Of a stretch of DNA of 64,000 nucleotides, positions 1-14,576 are shown one piece after another (positions within the stretch are counted from its first letter, which is position 1; each line of letters starts with the position of its first letter). Both the position numbers and the translations under genes were made by a program. Under the pieces are notes generated by a model. That model had not been told where the DNA came from, searched no databases, and saw only the letters and a program-made list of their open reading frames with translations. The stretch lies in the NCBI GenBank assembly GCA_038087875.1, contig CM075987.1:27778001-27842000 (forward strand), given 5' to 3'. This DNA comes from Malacoraja senta. Taxonomy: Eukaryota.

Positions 1-827
1 CTATCTATCTCTGCCTTAAAAATATCCGTTGAATCTGCACTGGGTAATTGGTCTAGGGTCCCCTTTGAAGGCAGGTCGCCTGCAAGATGTATCAGACATT
101 GGCTGGGTAAAATATATATATTTTAAATATTTCAAAATATACTTTATTCGAGAAATAAATATATACAATACATGATCCTTACAAAACTCCATCTGACATT
201 CTTTGAGGCTATACATACATTCAATACTGGTAAATATTATTGTTCAGAGGGAAGCCTCAGTTTAACGGGATACTCACGTTGTTCGATGAGTGGAGGTCAG
301 TGACTGTCCTTTATCATCCACTCTGGGCTCCCCCCTCGCCCACAGTTTGGCCCAAGATAGTGGCCAGGATTTGGGAAAGTGGCGCTGGGTTATAGACTGA
401 GACTCTGGTGTGTGGAGTGGCGAGGGTTTGTGACCTTGTTTAAAGGGTGCATCCACACTTCCTTGTGAAGTCCCGGGATGCTAACCCTCCCTCCCTCCCT
501 CGCTCAGGCGTGGCCCGACACACATTCACACAATGGGGCTTTGTGCGGGAACACATTCATTCCCCCGGCGCCCGGTCCCGCTGAAACACGAGAGCGGCGC
601 TTGAATGAAAGAGGAATCCACTTGCAGGCGGCTTTCATTGTTCATGTGGGAGGGAGGGAGGTAGGGAGGTAGGGAGGTAGAGAGACTTTACTCCCCCCCC
701 CCACCGTAGCGCCCCGGACCCTGGTTCCAAACCAGCTTCACCCCGGCTCCACTCTGAGTCGCACCCGGATCACTCACACCCGCAACGCTCTCCCTCTGTA
801 ACTGGGTTAGAACCAGAGGTCCCGCCC

Positions 828-835
828 CACACACA

Positions 836-880
<45 letters not shown>

Positions 881-909
881 ATACACACACACACATACAC
901 ACACACACA

Positions 910-948
<39 letters not shown>

Positions 949-995
949 ACACACACACACATATATATACACACACACATATATACACACACACA

Positions 996-1038
<43 letters not shown>

Positions 1039-1772
1039 GCACACACACATATATACACACACATACACACACACACACATACATATATACACATACACAT
1101 ATATATACACACACACATATATACACACACACACATACACACACACACATATACACACACACACATATATACACACACACATACACACACACACACACAT
1201 ATATATACACACACACATATATACACACACATACACACACATATATACACACACACACACATACACACACATATATACACACACACATATACACACACAC
1301 ACATATACACACACACATACACATATATACACACACACACACATACACACACACACACACATATATACACACATACACACACACACATATACCCACATAC
1401 ACACACACATACCCCCCCACACACACACACACACATATATATACACACACACATACATACACACACATACACCCACATACACACACATACACACATCTAC
1501 CCCCACACACACACACACACATACACACATATACCCACATACACACACACACACACACACACATATACCCACACACACACACATACACACACACACATAC
1601 ACTCACACACATACACTCACGCACATACACACACACACACATATACCCACATACACACACACACACACACACATATACCCACACACACACACATACACAC
1701 ACACACATACACTCACACACATACACTCACACACATACACACACACTCACACACACATATATACACACACAC

Positions 1773-1840
<68 letters not shown>

Positions 1841-2343
1841 ACACACACACATACACTCACACACATACACACACACTCACACACACATACATACACACAC
1901 ACACACACATACACTCACACACATACACACACACTCACACACACATATATACATACACACACACATACACACACACACACACATACATACACATACACTC
2001 ACACACACACACACACATACACACACACACTCACACACATACACACACACTCACACACGCTCACATACGCACACACATACACACATATATACACACATAT
2101 ACACACATACACATACACTCACACACACATACACACTCACACACATACACACTCACACACACACACACTCACACACACACACACACTCACACACATACAC
2201 ACACACTCACACACATACACACACACACTCACACACATACACACACACACTCACACACATACACACTCACACACACACATCTACTCACACACACACACAC
2301 TCACACACACACACATATATACACACATACACACACACACATG

Positions 2344-2374
<31 letters not shown>

Positions 2375-2403
2375 ACTCACACACACACACACACACATAC
2401 ACT

Positions 2404-2434
<31 letters not shown>

Positions 2435-2760
2435 ACACACTCACACACATACACACACACACTCACACACATACACACACACACTCACACACATACACAC
2501 TCACACACACACATCTACTCACACACACACACATACACTCACACACACACACACACACACTCACACACACACACACACACATACACTCACACACACATAC
2601 ACACTCACACACACACACATCTACCCACACACACACACATACACACTCACACACACACATACACACATCTACCCACACACACACACATACACACCCATAC
2701 ATACACATATGTACACACATACACACACACATATATATACACACACACACACACATACAC
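828..2760. repeat. ~1.9 kb compound (CA)n microsatellite with TA/CT interruptions
   Basis: Read directly from the sequence; it accounts for all the HT/VC-repeat ORFs in the track. Confidence 0.99.
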
Positions 2761-2835
2761 CGTCTATCCTCGATGTAAACCGGTATCTGCTGTTCCTTTC
2801 TACACAGATGATGCTGTTCACGTTCATAAATTATA

Positions 2836-3273
2836 TGAGTAAAATTAGGCCATTCGGCCCATCGAACCACTCTGCCATTCTATCATGGCTGATCTCTGCC
2901 TCAAAGTCCCATTTTCCTGCCTTCTCCCCATAACCCTTGACACCTGTTCTAATCAAGAATTTGTCTATCTCTGCCTTAAAAATATCCACTGACTTGGCCT
3001 CCACAGCCCTCTGTGGCAATGAGTTCCACAGATTAACTACCCTCTGACTAAAGAAATTCCTCCTCACCTACTTCCGAAAAGAACATCCTTTAATTCTGAG
3101 GCTGTAACATCTGGTCCTAGACTCTCCCACCAGTGGAAACATCCTCTCCGTATCCACTCTATCCAGGCCTTTCATTGTTCGGTAACTTTCAATGAGGTCC
3201 CCCCTCAACCTTCTAAACTCCAGCGAGTTCAGGCCCAGTTCCGTCAAACGCTCATCATAGGTTAACCCACTCA
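2836..3273 (-). mobile_element. CR1 LINE 3' fragment (decayed ORF2 C-terminus and 3' tail)
   Basis: Translates to GLTYDERLTELGLNSLEFRRLRGDLIE...RRNFFSQRVVNLWNSLP, homologous to the C-terminus of the intact ORF2 at 30990-33950. Confidence 0.9.
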
Positions 3274-3624
3274 CTCGTGTTATTCCCCTGAGAGCTGAAT
3301 CAATTATTCACAGTGTTGGTTACACTTGGATTCCCTGGGGGGGGGACTTAGGTTTTTCCGCATTTCCACAGCTGTACTGCCCTAACTTGCTTTTGAAGTA
3401 AGTTTGGGGTTGTTCATTACAAATTAATGAGTCGGTCATAGAGAGGGGCAGCAGAGAATCAGGCCGTTCAGCCCATCGAGTCTTATGCTGGCCATCAACC
3501 ACTAATCCAACCTTAATCCTGTTTTTTTAATTCTCCCCATCTTCACATCAACCCGCACCAGTGGGAGAAGCAATGGCCAATTAGCACACTGGGCAATTAA
3601 CACGTTGGAAGAAACCAAGTAGAA

Positions 3625-4160
3625 ACAAGGAGATAGACATAGAGTGCTGGAGTAACTCAGCGGGTCAGGCAGCATCTCTGGAGGAGAAGGAATAGGTGAC
3701 GTTTTCGGTCGAGACCCTTCTTCAGATTGAGAGTCAGGGGAAAGGGACATGAGAGATATGAAAAGGTACATAGAACAAATGAATGAAAGGTACGCAAATA
3801 AAATGAAATCCAGCAACGATGATCAAGGAAAGGTAGAGCCCACAATGGCCCATTGTTGGCTGTGGGGAAAGAGACAACGAGTTATGCAGACGGTGAAACT
3901 CAGCAGGATGACAGTGAAACTGTATGATTACTAGCATGGGGAGAGATGGAGAGAGAGGAGAGCAATGGTTACTTGAAGTTAGAGAAGTCAATGTTCATAC
4001 AGCTGGGGTGTAAGCTGCCCAAGAGCGAAATATGAGGTGCTGTTCCTCCAACTTGCGTTTAGCCTCACTCTGACAATGGAGGAGGCCCAGGACAGAATGG
4101 TCAATGTGGGAATGGGAATGGGAGGGGGAGTCAAAGTGTTTGGCAACCGGAAGACCGGAA
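3625..4160 (-). mobile_element. Penelope-like element 3' fragment (endonuclease C-terminus and terminal repeat)
   Basis: PVAKHFDSPSHS...LGLLHCQSEAKRKLEEQHLIFR resembles the C-terminal part of PLE GIY-YIG endonucleases. It is followed by the terminal repeat containing CTGAAGA...GAAA. The same structure occurs at 23770-24290 and 44520-44975. Confidence 0.8.
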
Positions 4161-4596
4161 TGGAATCCTTTATTGTCCCATGTGACAAGGCGCAGTGAGA
4201 TTCTTTGCTGCATACACAATGTATACAAATAACAGCCACCTACGGCGCTGACAAAGTTACAAAGCACGCCGGCTCCCCCTTTGTCCCCCCCCCCCCCTCA
4301 CCATGCACCGCACCCTCACCGACCGCCGACCGTGGGTATCACATGGGAAGATACTGTCCCTGAATCTGGAGGTGTGCGTTTTCACACTTCTGTACCTTTT
4401 GCCTGATGGGAGAGGGGAGAAGAGGGAGTGGCCGGGGTGGATCAGGTAGGCCTAGGCGGACTGAGCGTACGTGTTCATTATTGCATTTACATTATTTGAT
4501 TGCATGTTCTAGTAACGGTTTGTATGGATTTGTATGCACAGTGAGAACGTGCAAACTCCACACAGACAGCACCTGAGGTCAGAATTGAACCCAGGT

Positions 4597-5038
4597 CATA
4601 GAGTCTTACAGCCCTTCGGCCCAACTTGCCCACACCGACCAACATGCCCCATCTACACCAGTTCCACCTGTGTATGTTTGGCCTGTATCCCGTCCTATCC
4701 ATGTACCTGTTCAAATGTTTCAGAAATATTGTGATAGTCCCAGCCTCAACTACCTCCTTCGGCAGCTCGTTCCATACACCCACCACCCTTTGTGTGAAAA
4801 TGTTACCCCTCAGATTCCTATTAAATCTTTCCCCCCCCTCCATAAATCCATGTCCTCCGGTTCTTGATTCATATGTTCTAGGAGCAGAATTAGGCCATTC
4901 GGCCCATCGTCTACTCTGCCATTCAATCTATCTTTCTAATCTATTCTTCAATCTACCTAATTCTGATCTATATCTCTCTCCTAACCCAATTCTCCTGCCT
5001 TGTCCCCATAACCCCTGACACCCGTACTAATCAAGAAT
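4597..5038 (-). mobile_element. Two adjacent CR1 3'-end fragments
   Basis: ERFNRNLRGNIFTQRVVGVWNELP motif plus the conserved CR1 3' tail sequence. Confidence 0.8.
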
Positions 5039-5719
5039 CATCTGTTCCCCTCAAGGTCTTACACACAGGTCTACACAATCATCACTCGTCCTCCTAGGTG
5101 GTGAGGTAGCCTTACGTGGGCTGCTGAAGAGGCTGACATTTGTGACACTGTGTGGAGCCAAGCTGGAACAGGGCAGCCGGTCACAGAGGGAGGAATGCAG
5201 CCCATCCAGCCACACCTACCCACACCGGCAACAAAGAGTGAAGCCGTGCCAAGCGCATCATTGATGCCCAGGAGCTTCTTCCTCCTGTCAATGAGTTGAC
5301 AAAAAGACATTGTCAATTGCAGGTGGACACAAAGTGCTGGAGTAACTCAGCGGGCCAGGCAGCATCTCTGGAGAGAAGGAATGGGTGACGTTTCTGGTCG
5401 AGACCCTTCTCCAGACTGAGAGTCAGGGGAGAGGGAAACGAGAGATATGGCAGGGTTCGGCGTGGAAACGTGAGGTGCAGCGAGAGAGAACGTTGCAGAA
5501 CTCTCCACAACACCAACGCTATCAGTGTGGTTGGTTACAACACGACTTGGATCGGGAACCACTTAAGAGTAACTTTGGAAATTGGCAAGTAGAATAGAAA
5601 GCTGTCTTGATAAAGACCTGTTTCCATGTAACCTGCTGGCAGTAACCAAACACCATTGTCTGAAAAACTACACTGCAGGAGGCCTCTGACAATGGCCAGC
5701 AATCACCCCCTTTGCCACT

Positions 5720-7870
5720 CATATAACCATAACAGCACGGAAACAGGCCATCTCGGCCCTTCAAGTCCGTGCCGAACATTTAAAAAAAATTATTATTAAT
5801 TTTTAAATAAATACTTCCCCCTAGTCCCATCTACCTGCACTCAGACCATAACCCTCCATTCCTTTCCCGTCCATATACCCATCCAATCTATTTTTAAAGG
5901 ATAAAATCGAACCAGCCTCCACCACTTCCACTGGAAGCTCATTCCACACAGCTACCACTCTCTGAGTAAAGAAGTTCCCCCTAATGTTACCCCTAAACTT
6001 CTGTCCCTTAATTCTCAAGTCATGTCCCCTTGTTTGAATCTTCCCTACTCTCAATGGAAAAAGCTTATCCACGTCAACTCTGTTTAAGCCGCTCATAATT
6101 TTAAAGACCTCTATCAAGTCCCCTCTTAACCTTCTGCGCTCCAAAGATTAAAGACCTAACTTGTTCAACCTTTCTCTGTAACTTAGTTGCTGAAACCCAG
6201 GCAACATTCTAGTAAATCTCCTCTGTACTCTCTCTATTTTGTTGACATCCTTCCTATAATTTGGCGACCAAAATTGTACTCCATACTCCAGAATTGGCCT
6301 CACCAATGCCTTGTACAATTTTAACATTACATCCCAACTTCTATATTCAATGCTCTGATTTATAAAGGCCAGCACACCAAAAGCTTTCTTTACCACCCTA
6401 TCTACATTAGATTCCACCTTCAGGGAACTATGCAGTTATTCCTAGATCCCTCTGTTCAACTGCATTCCTCAATTCTCTACCATTTACCATGTCCGTCCTA
6501 TTTTGATTTGTCAACAATTTAATCTTCTTAACCAACCTTCCATGAGGAACCTTGTCAAAGGCCTTACTGAAGTCCATATAGACAACATCCACTGCTTTAC
6601 CCTCATCAATTTCCCTAGTAACGTCTTCGAAAAATTCTAGATTAGTAAAACATGACCATCCAGGCACAAATCCATGTTGACTGTTCCTAATCAGACCCTG
6701 CTTATCCAGATGCTTATATATATTATCTTTAAGTATCCTTTCCATTAATTTGCCCACCACTGACGTCAAACTAACAGGTCTATAATTGCTAGGTTTACTC
6801 TTAGAACCCTTTTTAAACAACGGAACAACATGCGCAGTACGCCAATCCTCCGGCACTATTCCCGTTTCTAATGACATTTGGAATATTTCTGTCATAGCCC
6901 CTGGTATTTCCACACTAACTTCCCTCAATGTCATCGGGAATATCCTGTCAGGACCTGGAGACTTATCCGTTTTCATATTTTTCAAAAGTGTCCGCACCTC
7001 CTCTTTGAATCTCATAGTTTCCATTGCTACTCTGCTTGTTTCCCTTACCTCACATAATTCCATATCCTTCTCCTTGGTGAATACCGAAGAAAAGAAATTG
7101 TTCAATATCTCCCCCATCTCTTTTGGCTCTGCAGATAGCTGTCCACTCTGACTCTCAAATGGACCAATTTTATTCCTTGTTATCCTTTTGCTATTAATAT
7201 AGCTGTAGAAATCCTTTGGATTTACTTTCACCTTACTTGCCAAAGCAACCTCATATCTTCTTTTAGCTTTTCTAATTTCTTTCTTAATATTCTTTTGACA
7301 TTCTTTATACTCCTCAAGCACCTCATTTACTCCATGCTGCCTATAATTATTGTAGATCTCTCTCTTTTTCCGAACCAAGTGTCCAATTTCCCTTGAAAAC
7401 CATGGCTCTTTCCAATTTTTACTATTTCCTTTCAACCGAACAGGGACATAAAGATTCTGTACTCTTAAAATTTCACCTTTAAATGTCCTCCATTTCTCTT
7501 CTACATCCTTCCCTTAAAACAACATATCCCAATTCACTCCTTTTAAATCCTTTCTCATCTCCTCAAAGTTAGCCTTTCTCCAATCAAAAATCTCAACCCT
7601 AGGTCCAGTTCTGACCCTCTCCATAATTATATTGAAACTAATGGTATTGTGATTACTGGACCCGAAGTGCTCCCCAACGCTTACCTCTGCCACCTGCCCT
7701 GTCTCATTTCCTGACAGGAGGTCCAGCACTGCCCCTTCTCTAGTAGGTACCTCTATGTATTACTGCAAAAAACTATCCTGCACACATTTTACAAACTCCA
7801 AACCATCCAGCCCTTTTACAGAATGTGTTTCCCAGTCTATGTGTGGAAAATTGAAATCTCCCACAATCAC
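5720..7870 (-). mobile_element. 5'-truncated, decayed CR1 LINE ORF2 with an internal deletion of the RT core
   Basis: ORFs at 7514-7729, 6428-7435, 6148-6417 and 5821-6144 align in order with CR1 ORF2 (NYRPVSLTSVVGK, DFSKAFDKVPH, FTQRVVAVWNELP). Confidence 0.93.
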
Positions 7871-7989
7871 AATCACTCGACACTAGAACTGTACACAATA
7901 CTCCGCGTGTGGTCTTGCCTGGGGTAGGGAGTGCTGCATAGAGCCCTGCCCTGCAACCACTCCTAATCCCAGGAATGAAGTTTCCAGGA

Positions 7990-8425
7990 ATGATCCCACA
8001 AATCCGTGGGTTAACATACGATGAGCGTTGGGCGGCGCTGGGCCTCGACTCGCTGGAGCTTAGAAGGATGAGGGAGGACCTCATTGAAACTTACTGAATA
8101 ATGAAAAGCCTGGATAGAGTGGATGTGGAGAGGGTGTTTCCAATGGTGGGAGAGTCTCGGACCAGAGGGCACAGCCTTAGAATAAAAGGACATTCCTTTA
8201 GGAAGGAGACGAGGAGGAATTTCTTTAGTCAAAAGGTGGTGAATCTGTGGAATTCTTTGCCACAGAAGGCTGTGGAAGCCAATGGATATGTTTCAGGCAG
8301 AGATAGATAGATTCTCGATTAGTATGGGTGTCAGGGGGTTTGGGGAGAAGGCAGCAGAATGGGGTAGAGAGGGAGAGATAGACCAACCATGATTCAATGG
8401 TGGAGTAGACTTGATGGGCCGAATT
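7990..8425 (+). mobile_element. CR1 3' fragment
   Basis: VDVERVFPMVGESRTRGHSLRIKG...NFFSQKVVNLWNSLP. Confidence 0.88.
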
Positions 8426-10010
8426 GTGTATCTCTAAACTAAACTTCAGCCCAACTCTGCTGATCTTTGGACACCAGGTGCGGAGGGTGGAGGGGTCAGT
8501 CTAGAGATCTCTTGTGGAGGAACTGGTTTACACTGAAGATGGACACAAAATGCTGAAGTAACTCAGTGGGACAGGCAGCATCTCTGGAGAGAAGGAATGG
8601 GTGACGTTTCACTTCGGGACCCTTCTTCAGAAGGATCTCGACCGGAAACGTCACCCATTCCTTCTCTCTAGAGATTCGGCTCAACTTGCCCACACCGGCC
8701 AACATGTCCCATCTACACTAGTCCCACCTGGCTGCATTTGGTCCATATCCCTCCAAACCTGTCCCAGCCTCGACGACCGCCTCTGGCAGCTTGTTCCATA
8801 CACCCACCACTCTTTGTGTGAAAACATTACCCCTCAAATTCCTATTAAATCTCTTCCCTTTCACCTTGAACCAATGTCCTTGATTCCCCTACTCTGTGCA
8901 AGAGACTCTGTGCATCTTAGTATGATGTAATAATGTCTGATATAATTTGCCTGGGTAGCAGGCAAAGCAAAGTTTTTCACTGTGTCTTGGTACACGCAAC
9001 AACATCACACTAGGGGTGAGTTACAATGTGAGTTTGCTAGTCGTTGTTTTACTGGAGAGAAGGTCATTGTGGTCTCTCACGCCTAATCTGCTTGTGGAAG
9101 CAAGGTGAAGACTGCACTGTGTGCATGCCATGATATACACTCCACAAACCGGCCTTACACGCCAGGGCCTCACCTCCAGGCACCATTTATCACAGCCAGA
9201 AGCCGTTGCTAAGTTACTGTTTTATTTTCTGAGCAAAAGGTTCGACCAGCTTCAGAGAATTCCATGACGTGAAAAAAACGTAAACAAGGAAGTTGTGTTT
9301 GCTCTTTAATCAAGCACTGACAATCTTTCCTGGGTACTTGCAGTGTTATATGACTGAACATAGAACAGTACAGCATATGAACAGGCCCTTCGGCCCACAA
9401 TGTCTGTGTCGACATGATGCCAAGTTAAACTAATCTCCTCAGGCTGCCCGTGATCCGTATCCCTCCATAGCCACATGCCTGTATAAAAGCCTCTTAAACA
9501 CCACTATTGTATTTGCCTCCATCACCACCCCTGGCAGCGCATTCCAGGCACCCACCACCCTCCGAGTAAAAACTTGCCCCACACATCTCTGTTAAACTTT
9601 CCCCCTTTCCCCTTATAGCTACGCCCTCTAGTGTTGGAATCTCCACCCTGGGAGAAAGGGTCTGACTGTCTACCATATCTGTGCCTCTGATAATTTCACC
9701 TAGTTCTATCAGGTCTGTCGTTATCCAGTCATTGTTAGATAGGTATACAAGAACACCGGAGAATGGGAGTGCAGCATCAGTCCCCTCAAGCCTGCCCCAC
9801 CATTTAATATAATCATAGATCCACCACACTAGGGTCAATTTACAGAGGCCAATTAACCTACAAACCTGCATGTCTTTGGAGTGTGGTTGGAAATTGGAGC
9901 ACCCGGAGAAACCCGATGGTTTCAGTTTAGTTTACAATGATCCATTGTTGGCTGAGAAGAGGTGATGACGTGTGAAACTAAGCAGGTTCAGATTGGAATC
10001 CTTGGACACA

Positions 10011-10252
10011 ATCTGTGTCTACCCGTGTCTATATGTGTCTACCTGTGTTTATATGTGTCTACCTGTGTTTATATGTGTCTACCTGTGTCTAAGGTACACA
10101 AAAATGCTGGAGAAACTCAGCGGGTGCAGCAGCCTCTAGGAGCGGAAATAGGCAACGTTTTGGGCCAAAACCCTTCTTCAGACCATATCTATATGTGTCT
10201 ACCTGTGTCTATATGTGTCTATCCGTGTCTATTTGTGTCCACCTGTGTCTAC
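10011..10252. repeat. 10/20-bp minisatellite (ATATGTGTCTACCTGTGTCT-like) interrupted by a Penelope terminal-repeat fragment (about 10091-10182)
   Basis: Read directly from the sequence. Confidence 0.85.
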
Positions 10253-10989
10253 CTTCACCAGAAGTGGGTTTTGGTATCCCCTTTGGTGAACATTGAAACC
10301 CGATGAACTGAAGGGAAAGGCGAGTGCACTGGGATTGTGTTACTGTGGAATGTGGGCCACATTCATTACTAACAATCAAAGAGGTTTGTTGTGACAACAG
10401 ACTGAGCAGTGAACAACCTTTTCACACAAAGGGTGCTGGTTGTATGGAACGAGCTGCCCGAGGAGGTAGTTGAGGCAGGGACTATTGCAACATTTAAAAA
10501 ACATTTAGACAGGTACATGGATAGGACAGGTTTAGAGGGATATGGGCCAAATGCAGGCAGGTGGGACTAGTGTAGATGGGCCATGTTGGTCAGTGTGGGC
10601 AAGTTGGGCCGAAGGGCCTGATTCCACACTGTGACTCTATGTCTATGACTAGTGTAGATGGGCCATGTTGGTCAGTGTGGGCAAGTTGGGCCGAAGGGCC
10701 TGTTTCCATGCTGTGTGACTCTGACTGTTGCCTGCACCTTGGATTGATGTTATGCTGGGATTTGTGCTTGTTCATAGCAGCGTTTCTCAGTGAAGAGCAG
10801 CCAGTTTTGCTTCAGTTAATGATACTTTATGGCCTGGTAGTTTGCAATGGCCCACGCTATCAGTGGTGGTGAGGATGAGTGAAGGGGCATTGTATTGGGG
10901 ATGGTTCCGTGGTTGCAAGCTCGGGCGGCTGCCGACAGGTGCCAGGACCACGGACGTGTCTGGGCTTGTGGAGTAATCCCGTATCCCAG

Positions 10990-11365
10990 CACACGTTGCC
11001 AGGATTCTGATACCCCTCCTGTTAAGGTGCAACCCATCCCTCTTGTACAGATCGTGTCTGCCCCAGAAGAGATCCAATGGTCTAGAAATCTGGATCCCTG
11101 CCCCAACTCCTCAGCCACACATTCATGTCCCCTGTCTTCCTGTTCCTACCCTCATTAGAACTTATCACTGGAAGTAATCCTGAGATCACTACCCTGGAAG
11201 TCCCGTTTGTAAGATTTTTACTTAACTCCCTGTAGCCATATTGCAGAACCTCCTTCCTTTTCCAACCGATGTCATTTGGGCCAACATGCACGGCGACTTC
11301 TGGCTGTCCCCCCCCCCCCTTGAGGCTGTCATGCAGCCACTCCAAAACGTCCTGGACCAAGTGTC
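10990..11365 (-). mobile_element. Decayed CR1 ORF1 (SGNH esterase) fragment
   Basis: VAVHVGPNDIG...SRVVISGLLP and DLYKRDGLHLN match the intact ORF1 at 33974-34936. Confidence 0.85.
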
Positions 11366-13275
11366 TATCCTCAGATTCAATCCTGGAAAGGCTGAAATTG
11401 TTGATTAACGATATTTCTTTGTAAAACAAAGGTCATAGCTCTTTTCTGCAGTTCTTAAAATAACTTTTGTTGGACAGAGGCAGGGTGTGAGGTGCACTCA
11501 GTGGACACGGTAGTGGGGGGGGGGGGGTGAAGGGAGGGGGTTCGGGGTGCAATGGGACTGAAGAGGATGAGCTGTAATTTTCACCAAATCACAGCAGTTT
11601 TGCAAAGAAATGCAGAAAATCCAGAATTTCAATCATAGATAAATATTCCTCTACTGCAGCCACCACAAGGCATGGTGTATTTTGTGCCCTTTACTGTTTA
11701 TCGTGTCGGGTATGTTTATCCGCTGTTTTTTCCAAGTGTACTGTACATATTAAGCCCCTTATTTGGTTGTAGCAGAACATCGGCAAAAAGTCACCACCTC
11801 CCTCTCAACCGCCCCCAACCCCCCTTCCACCCCCACCCCCTGCTCACCCGCCCAGTGTGGTTCGTTATAGCAAGGGTTTACTGTAATTCACGCTCCATCC
11901 CCCCCGCCCCCCCCCCCAAAAGAAAACCAAATTCTTGTTTCAACTCAGCAGGATTCAGTGCCTGCGCCCCAGTTACACCATAACCAGATTTCGTTGCTTT
12001 GGTGAGATGTATTGAGTCAAGAATTCCAGAGACACAAAATAAAGAGTCCAATATATAAGATCACAGCTCTTTATCAGTGGCCATTAAAATGACCTTTGTG
12101 GGTCTGATATTGAAAGGGTGGGTGGGATTTGAGTCACCTGCTGCAAAGGAAAGGGAGGTCAGGACTTCAGAACAACTCCTTGGTTGGACAATACTCATGG
12201 CCCCAACAGGTTACATAGACAACCTTTAAAAGGGTTCCTACTGAGTAACGTCCTGCACACTGGAAGAGCAGTATCCAGAGTGGTTACAGAGGGTTTCTGG
12301 TGACATCTGATCTCTCTCTTTGGAACAGGTTGCAGTCCGTAGTGACGAGGCTTCAATGGGCTTCTGCTCGATTTTTCCCTCTGGCACTGTGCAGCAAAAT
12401 GTTGGAGGTAGATCAGCCATGGACTTGAAGGACAGGGCAATGCTGAAGATCCCAGAGGCCCATTGTTTCTCCAAATACTGAGCAACCGTGGAGGCATTAG
12501 TTGCAATCTTTCAAGTATCACTAGAGTCAGGGGTGACCGACTGACTGACCTGACCCTAATCTTAACCCTAACTGTACATTTGTTATTTAACATGTTTATT
12601 TAACAGTTCATATCATAACTTTAAAAAGATAAATCAATTGTAAAACAAAATTATCAGCAAGGTGAGCATTACCTTTATTCCTTGGAAACCTTGCTATTGT
12701 TTTGATGTAATTAGGAGGCAGCCAATGATCCTAGCTACCATGAAACAAAGTGCTTGATTGGTCAATTGGTGCCTGACGCAATGTCAAACGTGCATTGATT
12801 GGACAATTACTACTCGGAAAATTAGAGGTTTTTCTCATATTTTAACAATCTGTGCAGATTTTGTTCTTGACGAGTTTCAGGTATGATTTCTATAATGTAT
12901 TTACACAATATGTTAAAAAATTCAGGTGGTTACGTGATTTGGGTCACGAACTGAAACGAAAAAGCTCCTCGGCCCACAACCTACTTCCCACACATAAAGG
13001 TTAAGAAAGAACTGCAGATGCTGGAAAAATCGAAGGTAGACAAAAGTGTTGGAGAAACTCAGCGGGTGAGACAGCATCTATGGAGCGAAGGAATAGGTGA
13101 AGTTTCATGTCGAGGGTCTGAAGAAGGGTCTCGACCCGAGTCAGAACTGGACGAGTTTGACAAATTTCTTAAACGCCGTGGATTCTCCCAAGCAAGAGAT
13201 CGCTGCCAGTTGTACTGGGAAATGTTGACGATGAAATCTCAAATACAGACGAGAGCGCGGGCGGGGAAGAGGTTG

Positions 13276-13305
13276 CAGCTCTTTCTAGTGGCTCTTAAAA
13301 GGACC
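13276..13305 (-). promoter_or_regulatory. Histone-type 3' stem-loop plus HDE (U7 site) motif, copy 1, degenerate
   Basis: Minus strand reads CAAA-GGTCCT-TTTA-AGAGCC-ACTAG-AAAGAGCTG. Confidence 0.6.
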
Positions 13306-14576
13306 TTTGTTGGCTGGAGTGAGACATTCCAGTGCAGTTCCCAGCGATGTGGCTTCAAATCCAATGGTTTTACACGAACGGCTCTCGGGTTCCTGATGTC
13401 CATTTTCTGTTTCAGTTAAGTTTATTGTCATGTGTACTGAGGTACAGTGAAAGGCTTTTGTTGCGTGCTATCCAATCCCTCTTGGGGTTGCACGGGAGAA
13501 TCCACGGTGTTTGAGAAATTTGTCAAACTCGTCCAGTATATTTTGTGCCCTTTACTGTTTATCGTGTCGTGTATGTTTATCCAGTTTTTTTCCAAGTGTA
13601 CTGTACATATTAAGCCCCTTATTTGGTTGTCGCAGAACATTGGCAATAAGACACCAACTCCCTCTCAACCGCCCCCAACCCCCCTTCCACCCCACCCGCC
13701 CAGTGTGGTTCGTTATAGCACGGGTTTACTGTAATTCATGCTCCCCCCCCCCAAAAGAAAACCAAATTATTGTTTCAACTCAGCAGGATTCAGTGCCTGT
13801 GCCCCAGTAACACCATAACCAGATTTCGTAGCTTTTGTGAGATGTATTGAGTCAAGAATTCCAGAGACACAAAATAAAGAGACCAATATATAAGATCACA
13901 GCTCTTTATCAGTGGCCATTAAAATAACCTTTGTGGGTCTGGTATTGAAAGGGTGGGTGGGATTTGAGTCACCTGCTGCAAAGGAAAGTCAGGACTTCAG
14001 AACTCCTTGGTTGGACAATACTCATGACCCCAAACAGGCTACATAGACAACCTTTAGAAAGGTACCTACTGAGTAATGTCCTGCACACTGGAAGAGCAAT
14101 GTCCAGTGGTTACATCTGATCTCTCTCTGGAACGGGTTGCAGTCCGTAGTGACGAGGCTTCAATGGGCTTCTGCTCGATTTTTCCCTCTGGCACTGTGCA
14201 GCAAAATGTTGGAGGTAGATCATCAGCCATGGACTTGAAGGACAGGGCAACGCTGAAGATCCCAAAGACCAATTGTTTCTCCAAATACTGAGCAACTGTG
14301 GAGGCATTAGTTGCGATCTTTCAAGACCCACTAGTCAGGGATGACTGACCGACTTCTGACTGATTGACCCTAATCCTAACCCTAGCTCAACATTTGTTAT
14401 TTATCATTTTTATTTAACAGTTCACATCATAACTTTATCAAGATGAACTGGACGAGTTTGACAAATTTCTTAAACGCCGTGGATTCTGCCAAGCAACAGA
14501 TCGCCGCCAGTTGTACTGGGAAATGTTGACGATGAAATCCCAAACACAGACGAGAGCGCGGGCGGGGAAGAGGTTG

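Noticed and set aside
688..2870. Long His/Thr and Val/Cys ORFs (up to 601 aa)
   Set aside because: They are translations of the (CA)n microsatellite.
10567..10722. ~80 bp direct repeat as a novel element
   Set aside because: It is a simple tandem duplication of a CR1 3' tail.
12553..12573. Interstitial telomeric repeat (CCCTAA-like, also near 14368)
   Set aside because: Only 2-3 imperfect units; too short to call.
12715..12805. Cluster of CCAAT/ATTGG motifs as a promoter
   Set aside because: No associated CpG island, TATA box or exon; insufficient support.
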